DNA of 64,000 nucleotides from Octopus vulgaris (taxonomy: Eukaryota). Position 1 is the first letter of the stretch, and every line of letters starts with the position of its first letter. The stretch lies in contig OX597817.1 in NCBI GenBank assembly GCA_951406725.2, forward strand, positions 99,820,001 to 99,884,000, read 5' to 3'. The notes under the pieces were generated by a model. It searched no databases, was not told the origin of the DNA, and worked only from the letters and a program-made list of their open reading frames with translations. Of this stretch, positions 12,200 through 25,229 are shown piece after piece. The position numbers and the translations under genes are program-made.

Positions 12200-13012
12200 T
12201 TACACTTTTATTGCCTTCAAAGTATTCTCCATTTGAAGTAATGTATTGGTCCAGGTGCATTTTCCACTATTTGAAGCACTACTGAAACTCTTGCGAAATG
12301 ATGCCTTTTAACACTGTCATTTTTTTCTTCACCTTTTCTACATCTGCAAATTCTGTAGCATAAGCTTTTGTCACCAGTGATGATCTTTGAAAAAAGGTCC
12401 AAATCAATTTCCAGCTGTTTTTTCAGTTCACGTCATGCATTCCATCATGACTGCTTTTGATCTTCTGTGAGTAAGCAAGGCACAAATTTTGCTGCAACTC
12501 TTTTCATTTGCAATTCCTTGCTCAAAATTAGCTGGCAGGGGCTCCAGTACACACCACTCTTATCAACAAGTTCATCAATTGTTCAGTGATGGTCCTCCAA
12601 GATCAATTCATGAATTTTCATTCATTCAAGAAGTTAAGTCGTTCTGAACTAGGTTGGTCTTCAAGCAACAGGTGACCATTCCTAAAGCATGGAAACCACT
12701 CATAAACTTGTGATTTGCTCATGGCAGCATCCTTGTAAGCTGTTCAAAGCATAACTATTTCAGCCACCATGTTTCTCAGTAGAAAGCAGAATTTCATGGA
12801 AGTACTCTCTTTCATTTCACCCATCGCAAAAATCGACGAACAGGGGAAAAGCATAGCAAAACAAAGACACATCATGTGGCAGTACAACCTTAGTAGAAGA
12901 TACTGGTCAGCAGACTGATGCCTTAGTGTTGCATCAAGTGGCAGAAGCCTGAACTACAATGGATTTGTACCACAGAGAACATTTCTGGTTACTTTTGGGT
13001 ACCCCCTCATAT
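12200..13012 (-). mobile_element. Mariner element remnant
   Basis: DLFSKIITGDKSLCY; KSQVYEWF; TIR-like tatgagggggtacccaaaagtaacc on the minus strand at ~12987-13012. Confidence 0.8.
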
Positions 13013-13140
13013 ATATTAAATATATACATATTTAGACACACATCTATATATACATATATATATATGAAAACATGTATATACATAGTGGAATGAACAACAG
13101 AGCTCTGTGACAGATTATATTATCATTATGTATCTTATAC

Positions 13141-13595
13141 AAGGTGGTGAACTTGCAAAATGGTTAGCATGCTGGACAAAATGCTTTGTGGTATTTTGTT
13201 CACCTTGATGTTCTAAGTTCAAATTCCATGGAGGTCAACTTTGCTTTTCATCCTTTTGGGGTTGGATAAAATAAGTATCAATTGAGCACTGGGTTCAATG
13301 TATTTGACTTACCTGCTCCCATGAACTTGCTGGCCTTGTACCAAAATCTGAAGCCATTATTATTTATTTTATTATCATTATTTATAAGGCAGCAAGCTGG
13401 CAATCCGGTAGAATATTTAGCACACTGGACAAAATGCTTAGCAGCATTTGTCCATCATTACAGTTCAAATTTTCCTTTCATCTTTTTGGGGGTCAATAAA
13501 TTAAGTACCAGTAGAGCACTGATACTAATTTAATTGATTAGCTCCCTTCTGATAATTTCAGGGCTTGTGCCTATAGTAGAAAGGATTTTATTATA
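13141..13595 (+). mobile_element. Two tandem SINEs (family B)
   Basis: aaggtggtgaacttgcaaaa...gttcaaattcc...(att)n; similar to 48599-48825 and 55193-55410. Confidence 0.75.
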
Positions 13596-15544
13596 TTTAT
13601 ATATTTTCGTAAAATAAACATTTGGGCACCTTACCAATTGTCACAGCAACCACTTGTGATTCAAGTGAATACAAGATATCAGGAAGTTCCAATAGCTATT
13701 CTAGTGCTACAATAAATATCAGACATATTGAAGAGAATAGTTTACACATTAAAAGGATTAATTGATCTGTTGCAAGAACCTTCAGTGATTGTGTACCAGA
13801 AAACTGAAATGTTTCTGACAGAAAATTACTAGTTGCTGTCAGAAAACTTACAGATCATAGTTGCTTTGGAAACATTCCTAGGGATTTCACTTTGCCTAAT
13901 TTTATCTTCTCCATTCCATTTGATATAAAATATCATGTATACCTTCATTTCTCACAAGTGCTGTAAAGCAGTGGAAAGACAGAAAGATAACACAATACAA
14001 AATGTCTGTTTTATGGCTTTTAGCTACATTTTGAGTCTGAATCCCACCGAATTTCACTGTTTTCTTTATCCTCCCCAAGACAATAAAATCAATGAGATCA
14101 ATTGAATTGACTATAAACTTTTTTTTATAAATTCATGGTTTTGTTACAGATCAATTTAAAGGGACATATCCTTAATGATTAATAAAAGTTTAACTATGGC
14201 TGTTCAGCAATATGAAAATCAATGTGACAACCAGAGCAAGTAGTGTTCATTTTACTAACCAGTTTGCTTCTGATGGTAACCAGGGCTGATATGGGTAAAT
14301 AAACTTGATCAGTGTGTAAGTGGCATTGAGAATAATTATCTTCTTCATGGTGATAATCAACAGAAACAAAACATGACAGTGACTGCAAGAATATTGGACA
14401 AAAATTATTTTTGACAATGGTACTGATAATGAATTTAGTTATGGATGATGATGGAGATGAAAGAGGTGTGTGAAAGCTGAGAAGAACATACAATTATTTC
14501 TAGACTAGAAATAGTCTGTGATTTGATACACTTACATAAGTTCATGAATATTTGACAATTGGTTATAATGTACAAACTCATTGTGTTTTTCTCAATTTGT
14601 TGATGGTTATTTTATGTCTGAGCATGATAGTTTTATATTTTGATGTAAACATGGATTCATTAAATATACTCTTTCTTCAACCCATAGATATTTCTTTATA
14701 GCTATATAGATTAATGGTATGCCCTCAGTTAAACGTCAGAAGTTTAAATTTCTACAAATGACTTAGTCTAATTCCATTAAGTATTTAGGTTACATATTAT
14801 AAAAGGAAATGTTCTTATTGTTACTACTTTTGATATATTTATAATAAACAACTCATTTTTCTGAAAACCAATTGAGCAACTGAAACTCATATGTCTTAAT
14901 GAAAAGATATTTTTAGCTTACAGTTTTCATTCAAAGAAAATATTTTCAGTGCTAAGTTTGTCAATATTATAATTCCTCAGCATTTCATTCACAAAGCTAA
15001 GAAAATAATCAGAAAGTTTTGCATAATATAAGTATGTTTCTTGTTTAGACATCTCACAAGTGATTCCTTCACCACCTCCGTATAGCTGTCATATAAAACA
15101 TACTTTTCATTTTGAAATCAAACTGACAGCGTCATGCAATTTTATGACAAAATTAGGGATACATTTGATTTGCTTGTTGTTTTCCTTTTATCACAACTGA
15201 TATAGTTAGGAAAGAAGTAAAGCTTAGAAGTATAAATGTATTCTTCAAATATGAGATTTCCCATCACTAACAATTCTCTTATAAGGGAACTAATATTCAA
15301 TCTTCAAGCACTCAAAGGGCAAATGGATGAAAGTATCTTTCACATGGAAACTGCAATGTTCATAAGGTGTCAAAGCATAATTTATAAGTATCAATTTGGT
15401 AACCTTTCCAATCAGTCACCTATCATTAATTCCTTTATGTTATCAAGTTAATTTCATAAGCAATTCCTCTTCAGAAGCAAATACCCTCACAAAGTGTATC
15501 TGAGACAAGTCTGCTTGATAAAACCCAACCCACTTCAAGCCATC

Positions 15545-15920
15545 TTTTATTTTTTACTTGTTTAAGTCATTAAACTGCATCCATGCCAAGGCACAGTCTC
15601 AAGGAATTTTAGTCAATCTAATCCATTCCAGTACTTATTTTTTTAAAACCTAGTACTTATTCTATTGATTTTTTTTGCCAAACTGCTAAGTTACATGGAT
15701 GTGAACACATGAACACCTGTTGTCAAGCAGTGGTGGACAAACACAGACAAAAAAGCACATAGGATACATATGACAGTCTTCTTTTAGTTTCCATCTACCA
15801 AATCCACTCAAAAGGCTTCAGGTGACCCGAGATTATAGAAGACACACTTGCCCAAAGTGCCTTGCAGTGGGAATGAACCTGGAACCATGTGGTTGGGAAA
15901 CTCCTTACTACACAGCCACA
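15545..15920 (-). mobile_element. SINE family A
   Basis: Similar to the reverse complement of 62570-62945. Confidence 0.8.
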
Positions 15921-16361
15921 TTTTGATATTTGAGATTTAAGTGTCTTGTTTAGAGATAAGATGTAGTTCCATTGACAAAATACAGACTGCAGATTTCTAA
16001 ACTGGTTGTTAACCTAATGACTCAATTTATTTCAGGAAGGAGTCAATGAAGGGTCTCTATGTAATTTTTCAACTTGCTAGAAATAACAGACAAACTTTCC
16101 TCAAATCACACACTGTCATCTTGAAACTGGAAGTATACATTAAATAAAATAGTCCTATATACACTACCTGAAATAAAATGCAAAAAGGTCAGCTCATTCA
16201 GGCCTCACCTAGCACAAAACAACATTAGCATCACTGACATATTTAATAGGATGTCTACCATTGCATGTGTTACAAATCCAAGTCATAAAACACCAGCCAA
16301 TCTGTTATATAGTGCCTGTGTTACCTACTGTACATCTAAAGCAATATTGATTGTGTCATTT

Positions 16362-17400
16362 CATCATCATCATTTAATGTCTTTGTTCCACACTGGCACG
16401 GCTTGGACAGTTTGATAAGATCATATGAGCTGGAGGACTGTGCTGAGCTCCAATGTCTGCTTTAGTATGGTTTCTATAGCTAGATGTCCTTAGAATACAC
16501 TGGGTGCTTTTTTTTGTGACACTGGCACTAGTGAGATCAAGAAACTAGCAAGACAAGGCTCCTCAGCTGAGTGAGAGAGCAGGTGGTTTTGTGTCAGGTA
16601 TTCAGAGGCTAAAGTGTGAGAGAGAATAGGAACAGGTATCTTGCTGTAGAGGAGATACATGGTTAGAACAGCTGAAAAGGGAGAAAGGATGATGGAGATA
16701 AGGAGTCAGGGCATACTCTTAATGTACAAGACAGTAAATATAAGATAAAATAAGGACAAAAAAGAAAATGAAGATGGTTGGAGGGTAGGTTTGCGAGGTA
16801 GAAGATAGTTAGAGATGGGGACAGAGCTGAGTGTACTGAATGGTGAACACAGGTGGAGAAATGGTCAACGATGAATCTCATTTGGATGGGGGGTGTCAGG
16901 GAGGAGAAAGTAATAAGTAGCAGTACATAGGGGTAGGTGAGGGCAGTGGAAAACAACAGTATAATAAAACCATAGATGAAAAATATGGAGATGATGTGAA
17001 GTGGTGGGGAGAGAGAGAGAAGGATGCAGTGGCAGAGGTTAGAGGTACATAGGGATTGATATAGCAAGTGACAAACGAGTGGTTGGGATTGGAGATAAAT
17101 ATAAAAGGGCATTTAATGAAAAATAAAGTGGTAAGAGATGATATAGGGAATACAGGATGGGTAACAAGAAAAATGGTTCCAAGTGGAAAGAGAACTGGTT
17201 GCACAAAAGATGGGAATGAAATATGTGCAGTTCTGCTCTCATGTAAATAGTGCCATTGCTGGAAGTGAACTGGAGAGATGGGTGTGATGGAGATGGGTTG
17301 TGAAGAAAGCTTGACAAGTACACATTGGCTGTAGGGCCATAAACATTTATGATATGCATTTAGGACCTCATTTTTGTTGAGGTGGACAGATCTTTCACAT
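16362..17400 (-). mobile_element. Non-coding retroposon with RTE-type 3' tail and pyrimidine-rich body
   Basis: RTE tail at 16362-16540; shares end motif taggacctcattttt...gacagatctt with 55960-56685. Confidence 0.55.
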
Positions 17401-18549
17401 TTCCAATGACAACATATAAACTATAGTCACCAAGGTGGCATTTTATCAATTTATCCTGTAGCAACTTTCACAACAGATGAAATGAAAGATTAGACAACTG
17501 AAAAGAACATAACTTTTTTGATACTTAAAACATGGAACACGTTGTGAGAAAAATAGTGACTTAAGTCTGAAAGTAGTGATTGTGGACCTCAGAATTATCT
17601 TTTGACAATATGATAAAAAAGAAACATCTTAAAAATCAGTTGTTTCAAATGGTGTATGTGCAAACATACCACAGAAAAACTAAAGCAAATATTGCTGTTC
17701 CTTGCTAAAGACGCAATATTTTAACTGGTATAATGGAACTGCATTCTATCTCCAATGAAACATTTATAAGATTTATTGGTTGTATATTCTTTGAACGATA
17801 TTAATACTTGCTTATTCATGATCCAAGAACGCTGGCAGAAGGTAAAAAAAAAGGTCGTTGTACTGTGTGTGTGTGTTTTAAAGATATATACATAGCTTAA
17901 TGCTACTTCCCTCTGATTAAAACTGATTATGATTAATCTTTAATCTTCCCATTTTGGACTCTAGAGTTCCAAGAGTATCACATATGAAAAATTTTTAATA
18001 ATTAATCATTTTTTTATAAACTCATTTTTAGATAATAGGGTATTTTAGGGCAAAATAATGTCAAATTACTCTGTGGAAGAAACCAGAGACAGATGTTCAC
18101 ACAATTTCTACAGTAGTTTGAAGAAGATTGTTTGATATTTTGAATGCAATATATGTCTTGGGATCAAATATGAGAGAGCATATACAGTTATTTTTTATAT
18201 TTCCATTTTAAAAACATTTTTGTTTTACCTTTGTAATATACATTGACCCATGGAGTTGCCATACATAGAACAATAATTAACTAATGTTTATTTTGTTTAT
18301 GCACACACACACACTTTTATTGTCCTCACTTATTTTAAGCCTCTTTCTTTGAAACATAATACTGAAATCAGAAATATTAAGGGAAACACACAGTGACCAG
18401 TACTTTACCTGTTCATAATTTCAAGCTTGACATTTAAGAAACTATAGCAAAATATTACATAGAAAATACATGATAACTGCCAACAAGAAAAAGCATCCTG
18501 AGTGTACCATTCTAACTGCTAACTACATCAGAAAATCGATTTTTCGAGC

Positions 18550-19460
18550 AGTGTACTAAAGGGATCTGCACCCTTGCCTATTCTTTTAATTTATACCTAC
18601 ATGACTTATACTTGCATCTCCACACACTAACAGCCTCATATGCAGATAGCATTACTTTCACATCCTCTTATTATTCCACATACATTTCTGCACAACTATT
18701 TCAACACTATTTAAATCAAGAAACTCAGTGCCACAACAACAGACTTAAAGTAGCACCAACTACACCCATTGTCTTGTTTTTTTACCAGCAGCACCAGAGG
18801 AGAAATACAACCAACCATCATACTCAAGAACAGAAACATACCACACACACACACACAGAGAAAACAGAACTACTAGGAGTTACAGACATCTCCTTCACTA
18901 CATTCACAACACATAGAATACATAACAAAGAAAGCAAAACAATGTACAAACATAGGGCAATCACAAGTATCACATTTAGTCAATAGAAAGAAACAGCAAT
19001 GGAGTATACATAATATAAATAATACAATTATTCATCATGAACAAAGCTAGTTTTGCCTGGGCCTCAGTCATTTTACAATAAACTACAAACAATACAAAAC
19101 AGCACACTTCACACAATAATAGGTTTTATACACACACATATAAATAATAGCAACATCTATGGTCTCACTGACCCTAAACTATGCCAGGATGCTCATCACC
19201 AACAATACATACAGAGGAGTTTGCTTTCAATGTAACTACTACTAGAATTTATGGTGTAAAGATATAAACTGACTGGTGAAGACATTATGTCTATATCATA
19301 TTTCTCTCTATCCAATTTATCACATGCAATAGTATGTTGTATAGTCCTCAGTTAGATAAAGACATAGTATAACCAGACTTGTGGGTTGCATTCTGTCATT
19401 CAGTTGATTACCCGCACAGCATAGGACCGCTCAATCAAGGATGGCCAGGGACAACAACAA
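18550..19460 (+). mobile_element. Highly degenerate LINE RT/3' fragment
   Basis: LYLHD...SYADSITF; KLQTIQNSTLHTIIG; ends in (aca)n. Confidence 0.4.
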
Positions 19461-19744
19461 CTAGAGATAATTTCAATATTTATGTATGTTTTAAAGAGTA
19501 AAGAACAAGTAAACTCTTAATGTGAAGCATCTATGGTTGAGCTCTTACTCAGACCCAATCCTTTCACTCATATTAACACCCATGAAAGTGATGAATGTCA
19601 TATTGCATTTGTGTAAGCTAAGGTAGCTAAGTGGATAAAGTACAGGACTTTATCTGCTTAAAGAACCTGGGTTCAAATTTCCTACAGGTTTTTGGTTGTT
19701 TCTTAGCAAAACACATTCGTCGCTGTTTCATTGCATTTAGCTTT

Positions 19745-19940
19745 TATCTTCTTTCACTCATTAGACTGTGGCCATGTTGGGCAATACTTTGAAGAATTTT
19801 AGTCAAATGAATTGACCCCAGTACTTATTTTTTTAAGCCTAATATTTTTGGTTGCTTTTGCCAAGCTGCTGCATTATGGGTACATATACACACCAATACC
19901 AGTTGTCCAGCAGTGTTTGGGGACAAACACAGACACACAC

Positions 19941-19971
<31 letters not shown>

Positions 19972-19975
19972 CAAT
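19745..19975 (-). mobile_element. SINE family A, 3' part
   Basis: Similarity to the family A tail; the RTE begins right after its microsatellite. Confidence 0.65.
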
Positions 19976-19980
19976 AATAT

Positions 19981-22900
19981 TTTCACACTGAAAGGTAGGT
20001 CTGGCGAGATAGTTGAGATGCTTGAACGGAGACGTGTGGATATATGTTGCATGCAAGAAGTAAGGTGGAGAGGAGGTTCTGCTAGGTTCCTCACAGGCAA
20101 GGAACACAGGTACAAGATTTTCTGGGCAGGGAACACTGACGGGGTTGGAGGCGTGGGTATACTTATCGCTGAGAAATGGGTAGATAAAGTAATTGAGGTA
20201 ATCAGAGTATGCGACAGAATACTTAAGATTAGATTAGCGCTTCATCATAGTATAGCAACCATTATATCAGCCTATGCTCCTCAGTCAGGGCTACCTGATG
20301 GACAGAAAGACCGATTCTATGACACTCTACTGCAGACTACCTCGTTGACGAACGACAGAGACCTTCTCTTTGTGGCTGGTGACTTCAATGGTCACGTTGG
20401 ACGACATGCTGGGGGCTTCCACGGCGTACATGGAGGCTATGGCTCTGGTTCCCGCAACAAGGAGGGAACCAGGCTGCTGGAGTTCTGTGATGCAAATAAT
20501 CTTATGATTTGCAACACTAACTTCAGGAAACCTACCAGCCACCTAGTCACCTACCGATCGGGCCAACATACCAGCCAAATTGACTACATCCTTGCCAGGC
20601 AAAGGGAGAGATGGCTACTTATAAATGCCAAAACCTTCCCAGGTGAAGAATGCACCCCACAACATAGACTGGTAGTTAGTGACTTTAGGATCAGGAGTAG
20701 GAGGACAACCAGAAGACGACCAACATGGAGAAGAAGGATCTGGAAGCTTAAGGATCCTGTGAATGGACAGAGATTTAGAGACATGTTACTTGAAGCCTTT
20801 AACAAAGTAGAAGGGGATAGAGTATCACATGGGGTAGAGGACAACTGGACGTTTCTAAGGGACAACCTGCTGAGAGCCACTGACCAGATCTGTGGCTGGT
20901 GCAAAGTCCCCTCTCGTCCCAAGGTAACGTGGTGGTGGAACAGTGTCGTAGACAGGGCTATTAGAGAAAAGAGACAGACTTGGAAGCACTGGAAGAATGG
21001 TGGTAGCAGGGAATTGTATCAGACTGCTAAAAGGGAAGCTAGGAGACAGGTCTATCTAGCCAGAGGGGAAGCAGATAAGAAAAAATTTGCCAATGTTCTG
21101 CGCTGTGAGGACCAAAGACTGGAGGTGTTTCGCGTTGCAAGACAGTGTGTGAGAGAGAATTGTGATGTGGTGGGAGAGAAGTGTGTTCGCATGGAAGATG
21201 GTTCACTTGCGCTAAACGAGGATGCAAAGAGAGAGGCTTGGAGACGCCACTATGAAAGGTTGCTGAATAAAGAAAATGAATGGGATAAAGAGAGTCTGCC
21301 GAACGTTGACCCAACAGAGGGACCAGCTATCAGGGTTGATAGTTCCTTAGTAGCTAAGGCAATTAGAAGCATGAAGACAGGGAAAGCCCCAGGCCCATCA
21401 GGTATCACCGCAGAGATGCTCAAAATATCTGGTAGTGTCGGCTATAGCCTAGTCACCTGTATAGTTAATCAGGTGATACATGAAGGAGTCATACCCAATG
21501 ACTGGTGTAGCAGCATAATAGTCAACTGCTACAAAGGTAAAGGTGATGCCCTAGATACAAATAATTACAGAGGTATCAAGCTGTTGGATCAGGTGATGAA
21601 GGTTACAGAGAGGGTCATAAGCCAACTAATTAGAGAGAGAGTTAGTTTAGATGAGATGCAGTTTGGTTTCGTGCCAGGGAAAAGTACCACTGATGCTATA
21701 TTCCAGGTAAGGCAGCTGCAGGAGTAATACCTAGCCAAAGATAAGCCCCTGTACCTGGCTTTTGTTGACATGGAGAAAGCCTTCGACACAGGGTCCCCCG
21801 ATCCCTCATATGGTGGTCAATGAGGAAACTAGGAATAGATGAATGGTTAGTGAGAGCTGTGCAAGCCATGTACAGGGACGCTGCTAGTAAGGTGAGGGTT
21901 GGCAATGAGTACAGTGAAGAATTCCGGGTAGAGGTAGGGGTCCACCAAGGCTCAGTCCTCAGCCCCCTCCTATTTATCATAGTCCTCCAGGCAATAACGG
22001 AGGAATTCAAGACAGGATGCCCCTGGGAGCTCCTCTATGCTGATGACCTTGCTCTAATTGCTGAGTCATTATCAGAACTGGAGAAGAAGTTTCAGGTGTG
22101 GAAGCATGGTTTAGAATCGAAGGGCCTTAGAGTCCACCTAGCTAAAACCAAAGTCCTAATAAGTAGGAAGGTAGACAAATCACAAACGCCTTCAGGTAGA
22201 TGGCCCTGCTCGATCTGTAGAAAAGGTGTAGGTAGAAACTCTATAAGATGCACCAAGTGTAAGCTATGGACACATAAGAGGTGCAGCAATGTCATAGGAA
22301 GGCTAACTAGGAAGATGGTTTTTGTATGTGGCAGATGCTCGGGAGCATTAACCTCTGAAAATCTGCAGAAAACAACTTCCGTCACTTTCCAGGGGGAAAA
22401 ACTAGAAGTAGTTGATAGCTTCCGTTATCTTGGTGACCAAGTCAGTAGTGGGGGTGGGTGTGCTGAAAGTGTAACGGCTAGAGTAAGAATAGCCTGGGCA
22501 AAGTTTAGGGAGCTCTTACCTCTGTTGGTGACTAAAGGCCTCTCGCTCAGAGTAAAAGGCAGACTGTATGATGCATGTGTACGAACAGCCATGCTACATG
22601 GCAGTGAAACATGGGCCGTGACTGCTGAGGACATGCGTAAGCTCGCGAGAAATGAAGCTAGTATGCTCCGTTGGATGTGTAATGTCAGTGTTCATAGTCG
22701 ACAGAGTGTAAGTACCTTGAGAGAAAAGTTGGACCTAAGAGGAATCAGATGTTGTGTGCAAGAGAGACGATTGCGCTGGTATGGTCATGTGACGAGAATG
22801 GATGAAGATAGGTGTGTGAAAAAGTGCCACACCCTGGCAGTTGAGGGGACCTGTGGAAGAGGTAGACCCAGGAAAACCTGGGTCGAGGTGGTGAAGCACG

Positions 22901-23634
22901 ACCTTCGAACTCTAGGTCTCACCAAGGAAATGACCAGAGACCGAGACCTATGGAAGTATGCTGTGAGTGAGAAGACCCGGCAAAACCAGTGAGAACAATC
23001 AAAATCAAATCATATATCAGAAAGCAGGGGTTAAGTGACCCATCCGTTCGTGTCCGCTGTCAGCCTCGTCTGGCACCCGTGCCGGTGATACGTAAAAGCA
23101 CCATTCGCTCGTGGCCGTTTGCCAGCTCTGTCTGGCCCCGTGTCGGTGGCACGTAAAAGCACCATCCGTTCGTGTTCGTTGCCAGCCTCGCCTGGCCCCG
23201 TGCCGGTGACACGTAAAAGCACCGTCCGTTCGTGGCCGTTTGCCAGCTCTGTCTGGCCCCGTGTCGGTGGCACGTAAAAGCACCATCCGTTCGTGTCCGT
23301 TGCCAGCCTCGGCTGGCCCCCGTGCCGGTGACACGTAAAAGCACCGTCCGTTCGTGGCCGTTGCCAGCATCGCCAGCCCCGTGCCGGTGACACGTAAAAG
23401 CACCATCCGTTCGTGGCCGTTCACCAGCTCTGTCTGGCACCTGTGCAGGTGGCACGTAAAAAACACCCACTACACTCGCGGAGTGGTTGGCGTTAGGAAG
23501 GGCATCCAGCTGTAGAAACACTGCCAGATCTGACTGGGCCTGACGAAGCCTTCCAGCTTCACAGACCCCAGTTGACCCGTCCAACCCATGCTAGCATGGA
23601 AAGCGGACGCTAAACGATGATGATGATGATGATG
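19981..23634 (+). mobile_element. Near-intact RTE LINE (APE endonuclease, RT, Cys/His insert), slightly 5'-truncated, with 3' UTR and (gat)n tail
   Basis: ORF 19913-21727 (QEVRW, GDFNGH, QIDYIL, KAPGPSG, NYRGIKL) and ORF 21820-22992 (HQGSVLSP, YADD, FRYLG); one TAA at 21725-21727 and one frameshift near 21788. Confidence 0.95.
23038..23465 (+). repeat. ~60-bp minisatellite (7 units) in the RTE 3' UTR
   Basis: Repeated ccatccgttcgtg...cgtgccggtgacacgtaaaagca. Confidence 0.95.
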
Positions 23635-23727
23635 AATATAATAAATAAATAAAATATATGCATATATACATACACATATGTACATACTTACATCTATATG
23701 TATATATACATGCATATATATATATAT

Positions 23728-24400
23728 GAGTACAGGACATCACAAATAAATGTAGAACACAACGAGAAACAAAAACATAAAATCAAACAAGGAAACAGAC
23801 TTTTTTTAACAACGAAAAAACAGAGTACAGGACAAACAATACAAGGAAAATTCCCCTTCATCAGCTGCCTCTGGTTCGACTCAATGCATGTTTCGAAGGT
23901 AAGGGCAGAACATGGCCAGGCCGAAGCAGTCCTTCCTGCAAAAGGAATTAAATAAAATTCTTTTGCACAAGTGACAAGAACAGAACGTAAAAGCAATACA
24001 AATGAAGAAAAAACAGTAGATAAAACAGTACAAATAAAGAATAACAGGACAGGGAACCAACAATAAGGGCTTTTTTAGGCCTAGACGGTGGAAAAAATAG
24101 TTAGAACGCATGTGAAAAATCAGCTTGCGAAAGACAGGGAAGTCAATGTATGCTTGTTGAAAGCACGGAGCTGAAAGAAAGTTTTAGTAGCACTCCGGTC
24201 AACGGCCAGAGAGAGGAGGAGGAGGAGGAGAGAGAGGGGGGAAAAGAAACCAGAAAGGGTGAAAAATAAGAAGGAGAGAGACAAGTAGAGAGGAAGACAG
24301 ACAGGCAGGGAGAAAAAGTCAAGTAAAAAGTAAGAGTGCGCGTCATGATTATTCAAATAAAAACTTACTTGGAGAAGAGAAACAACGTGTGCGTTTGGTC
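23728..24400 (-). mobile_element. Non-coding hammerhead-bearing retroelement (copy B), probably PLE terminal-repeat derived
   Basis: Diverged homolog of 32950-33600; conserved 3' tail ending in a (TA)-rich microsatellite. Confidence 0.65.
23853..23930 (-). ncRNA. Candidate non-circularly permuted hammerhead ribozyme (copy B)
   Basis: Minus strand: catGTT-ctgcc-ctta-ccttc-GAAAcatg...ggcag-CTGATGA-agggg. Confidence 0.65.
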
Positions 24401-24935
24401 ATATATACAGTCTGTTGGGAATATTACCAAATACTTGGAAATATAACCTCCAGTAGACTGGTATCTTTTGCACAGAGAGAGAAAGATTTATCTTTCATTC
24501 ATTAGCATTTTGAAGCATGCATTAATGCTACAAAAATGTTAATAAGAATTGGCTCTTCAGTTTTATGTCTCCTATACATATTCTTCTATAGACCATCATC
24601 GTTTTAATGTTTAATTTTCCATGCTTGCATAGGTCAGATGGGACTACATTGGGATAGAGGTTTCTATGGCCAAATACTCTTCTTGATGCCAACCTTCACT
24701 TGCTTTCAAGCAAGATAATAATACTCCAATCAATTGAACAATGAACAACCTGGACACAGGCACACATAGAATTCAAAACAAATAACACCATTTGAATGAG
24801 TTTTTCCTTTCCAAAGATCATGCAATATGTCAAGAAGCTCCAATTTGCTTTTGCAGTGAACTGCAAACAAACAACAGTGTGTGAACCCTGAGGCTTTTGT
24901 TTACAATCAGTGAAGACACACATTGAAATATATGG

Positions 24936-25173
24936 AACTGAAATAATCACAAAAAACAAATTATTGATATTCTAAGATCTTCATTTTGATTGTTTCAATG
25001 ATTTTATTAAAATCATATATTTTTCAAAACCATTTCATCACACATAGTTTCCAAAATATTTTGAAAATGTTTTCTGATGAAATGGTTTTGTATAATTTTC
25101 AAAAAATAACCAAAATGATCATAATAAAGGGCATGAAATATTGATAATTTATTTTCTGTGATTATTTCAATTT
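24936..25173. repeat. Degenerate AT-rich foldback (MITE-like)
   Basis: gaaataatcacaaaaaacaaattattgatatt ... aatattgataatttattttctgtgattatttc; inner caaaaccatttcatca/tgatgaaatggttttg. Confidence 0.7.
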
Positions 25174-25229
25174 ACTGAGGCTCTTCTACATTATAGCCAA
25201 ATTCCAAATACAAATGAACCGATTTACTG

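Noticed and set aside
15430-15485. Minus-strand CTGAAGA...GAAA hammerhead-like spacing
   Set aside because: Stems I and II do not pair convincingly
19913-19980. N-terminus of the 604-aa ORF as a real start
   Set aside because: Runs through SINE microsatellite; RTE homology starts at ~19981
23038-23465. CRISPR-like regular repeats
   Set aside because: The whole 60-bp unit repeats with no unique spacers, there are no cas genes, and the context is a eukaryotic LINE UTR
25074-25095. CTGATGA motif
   Set aside because: Part of a foldback arm, with no suitably placed GAAA or stem III
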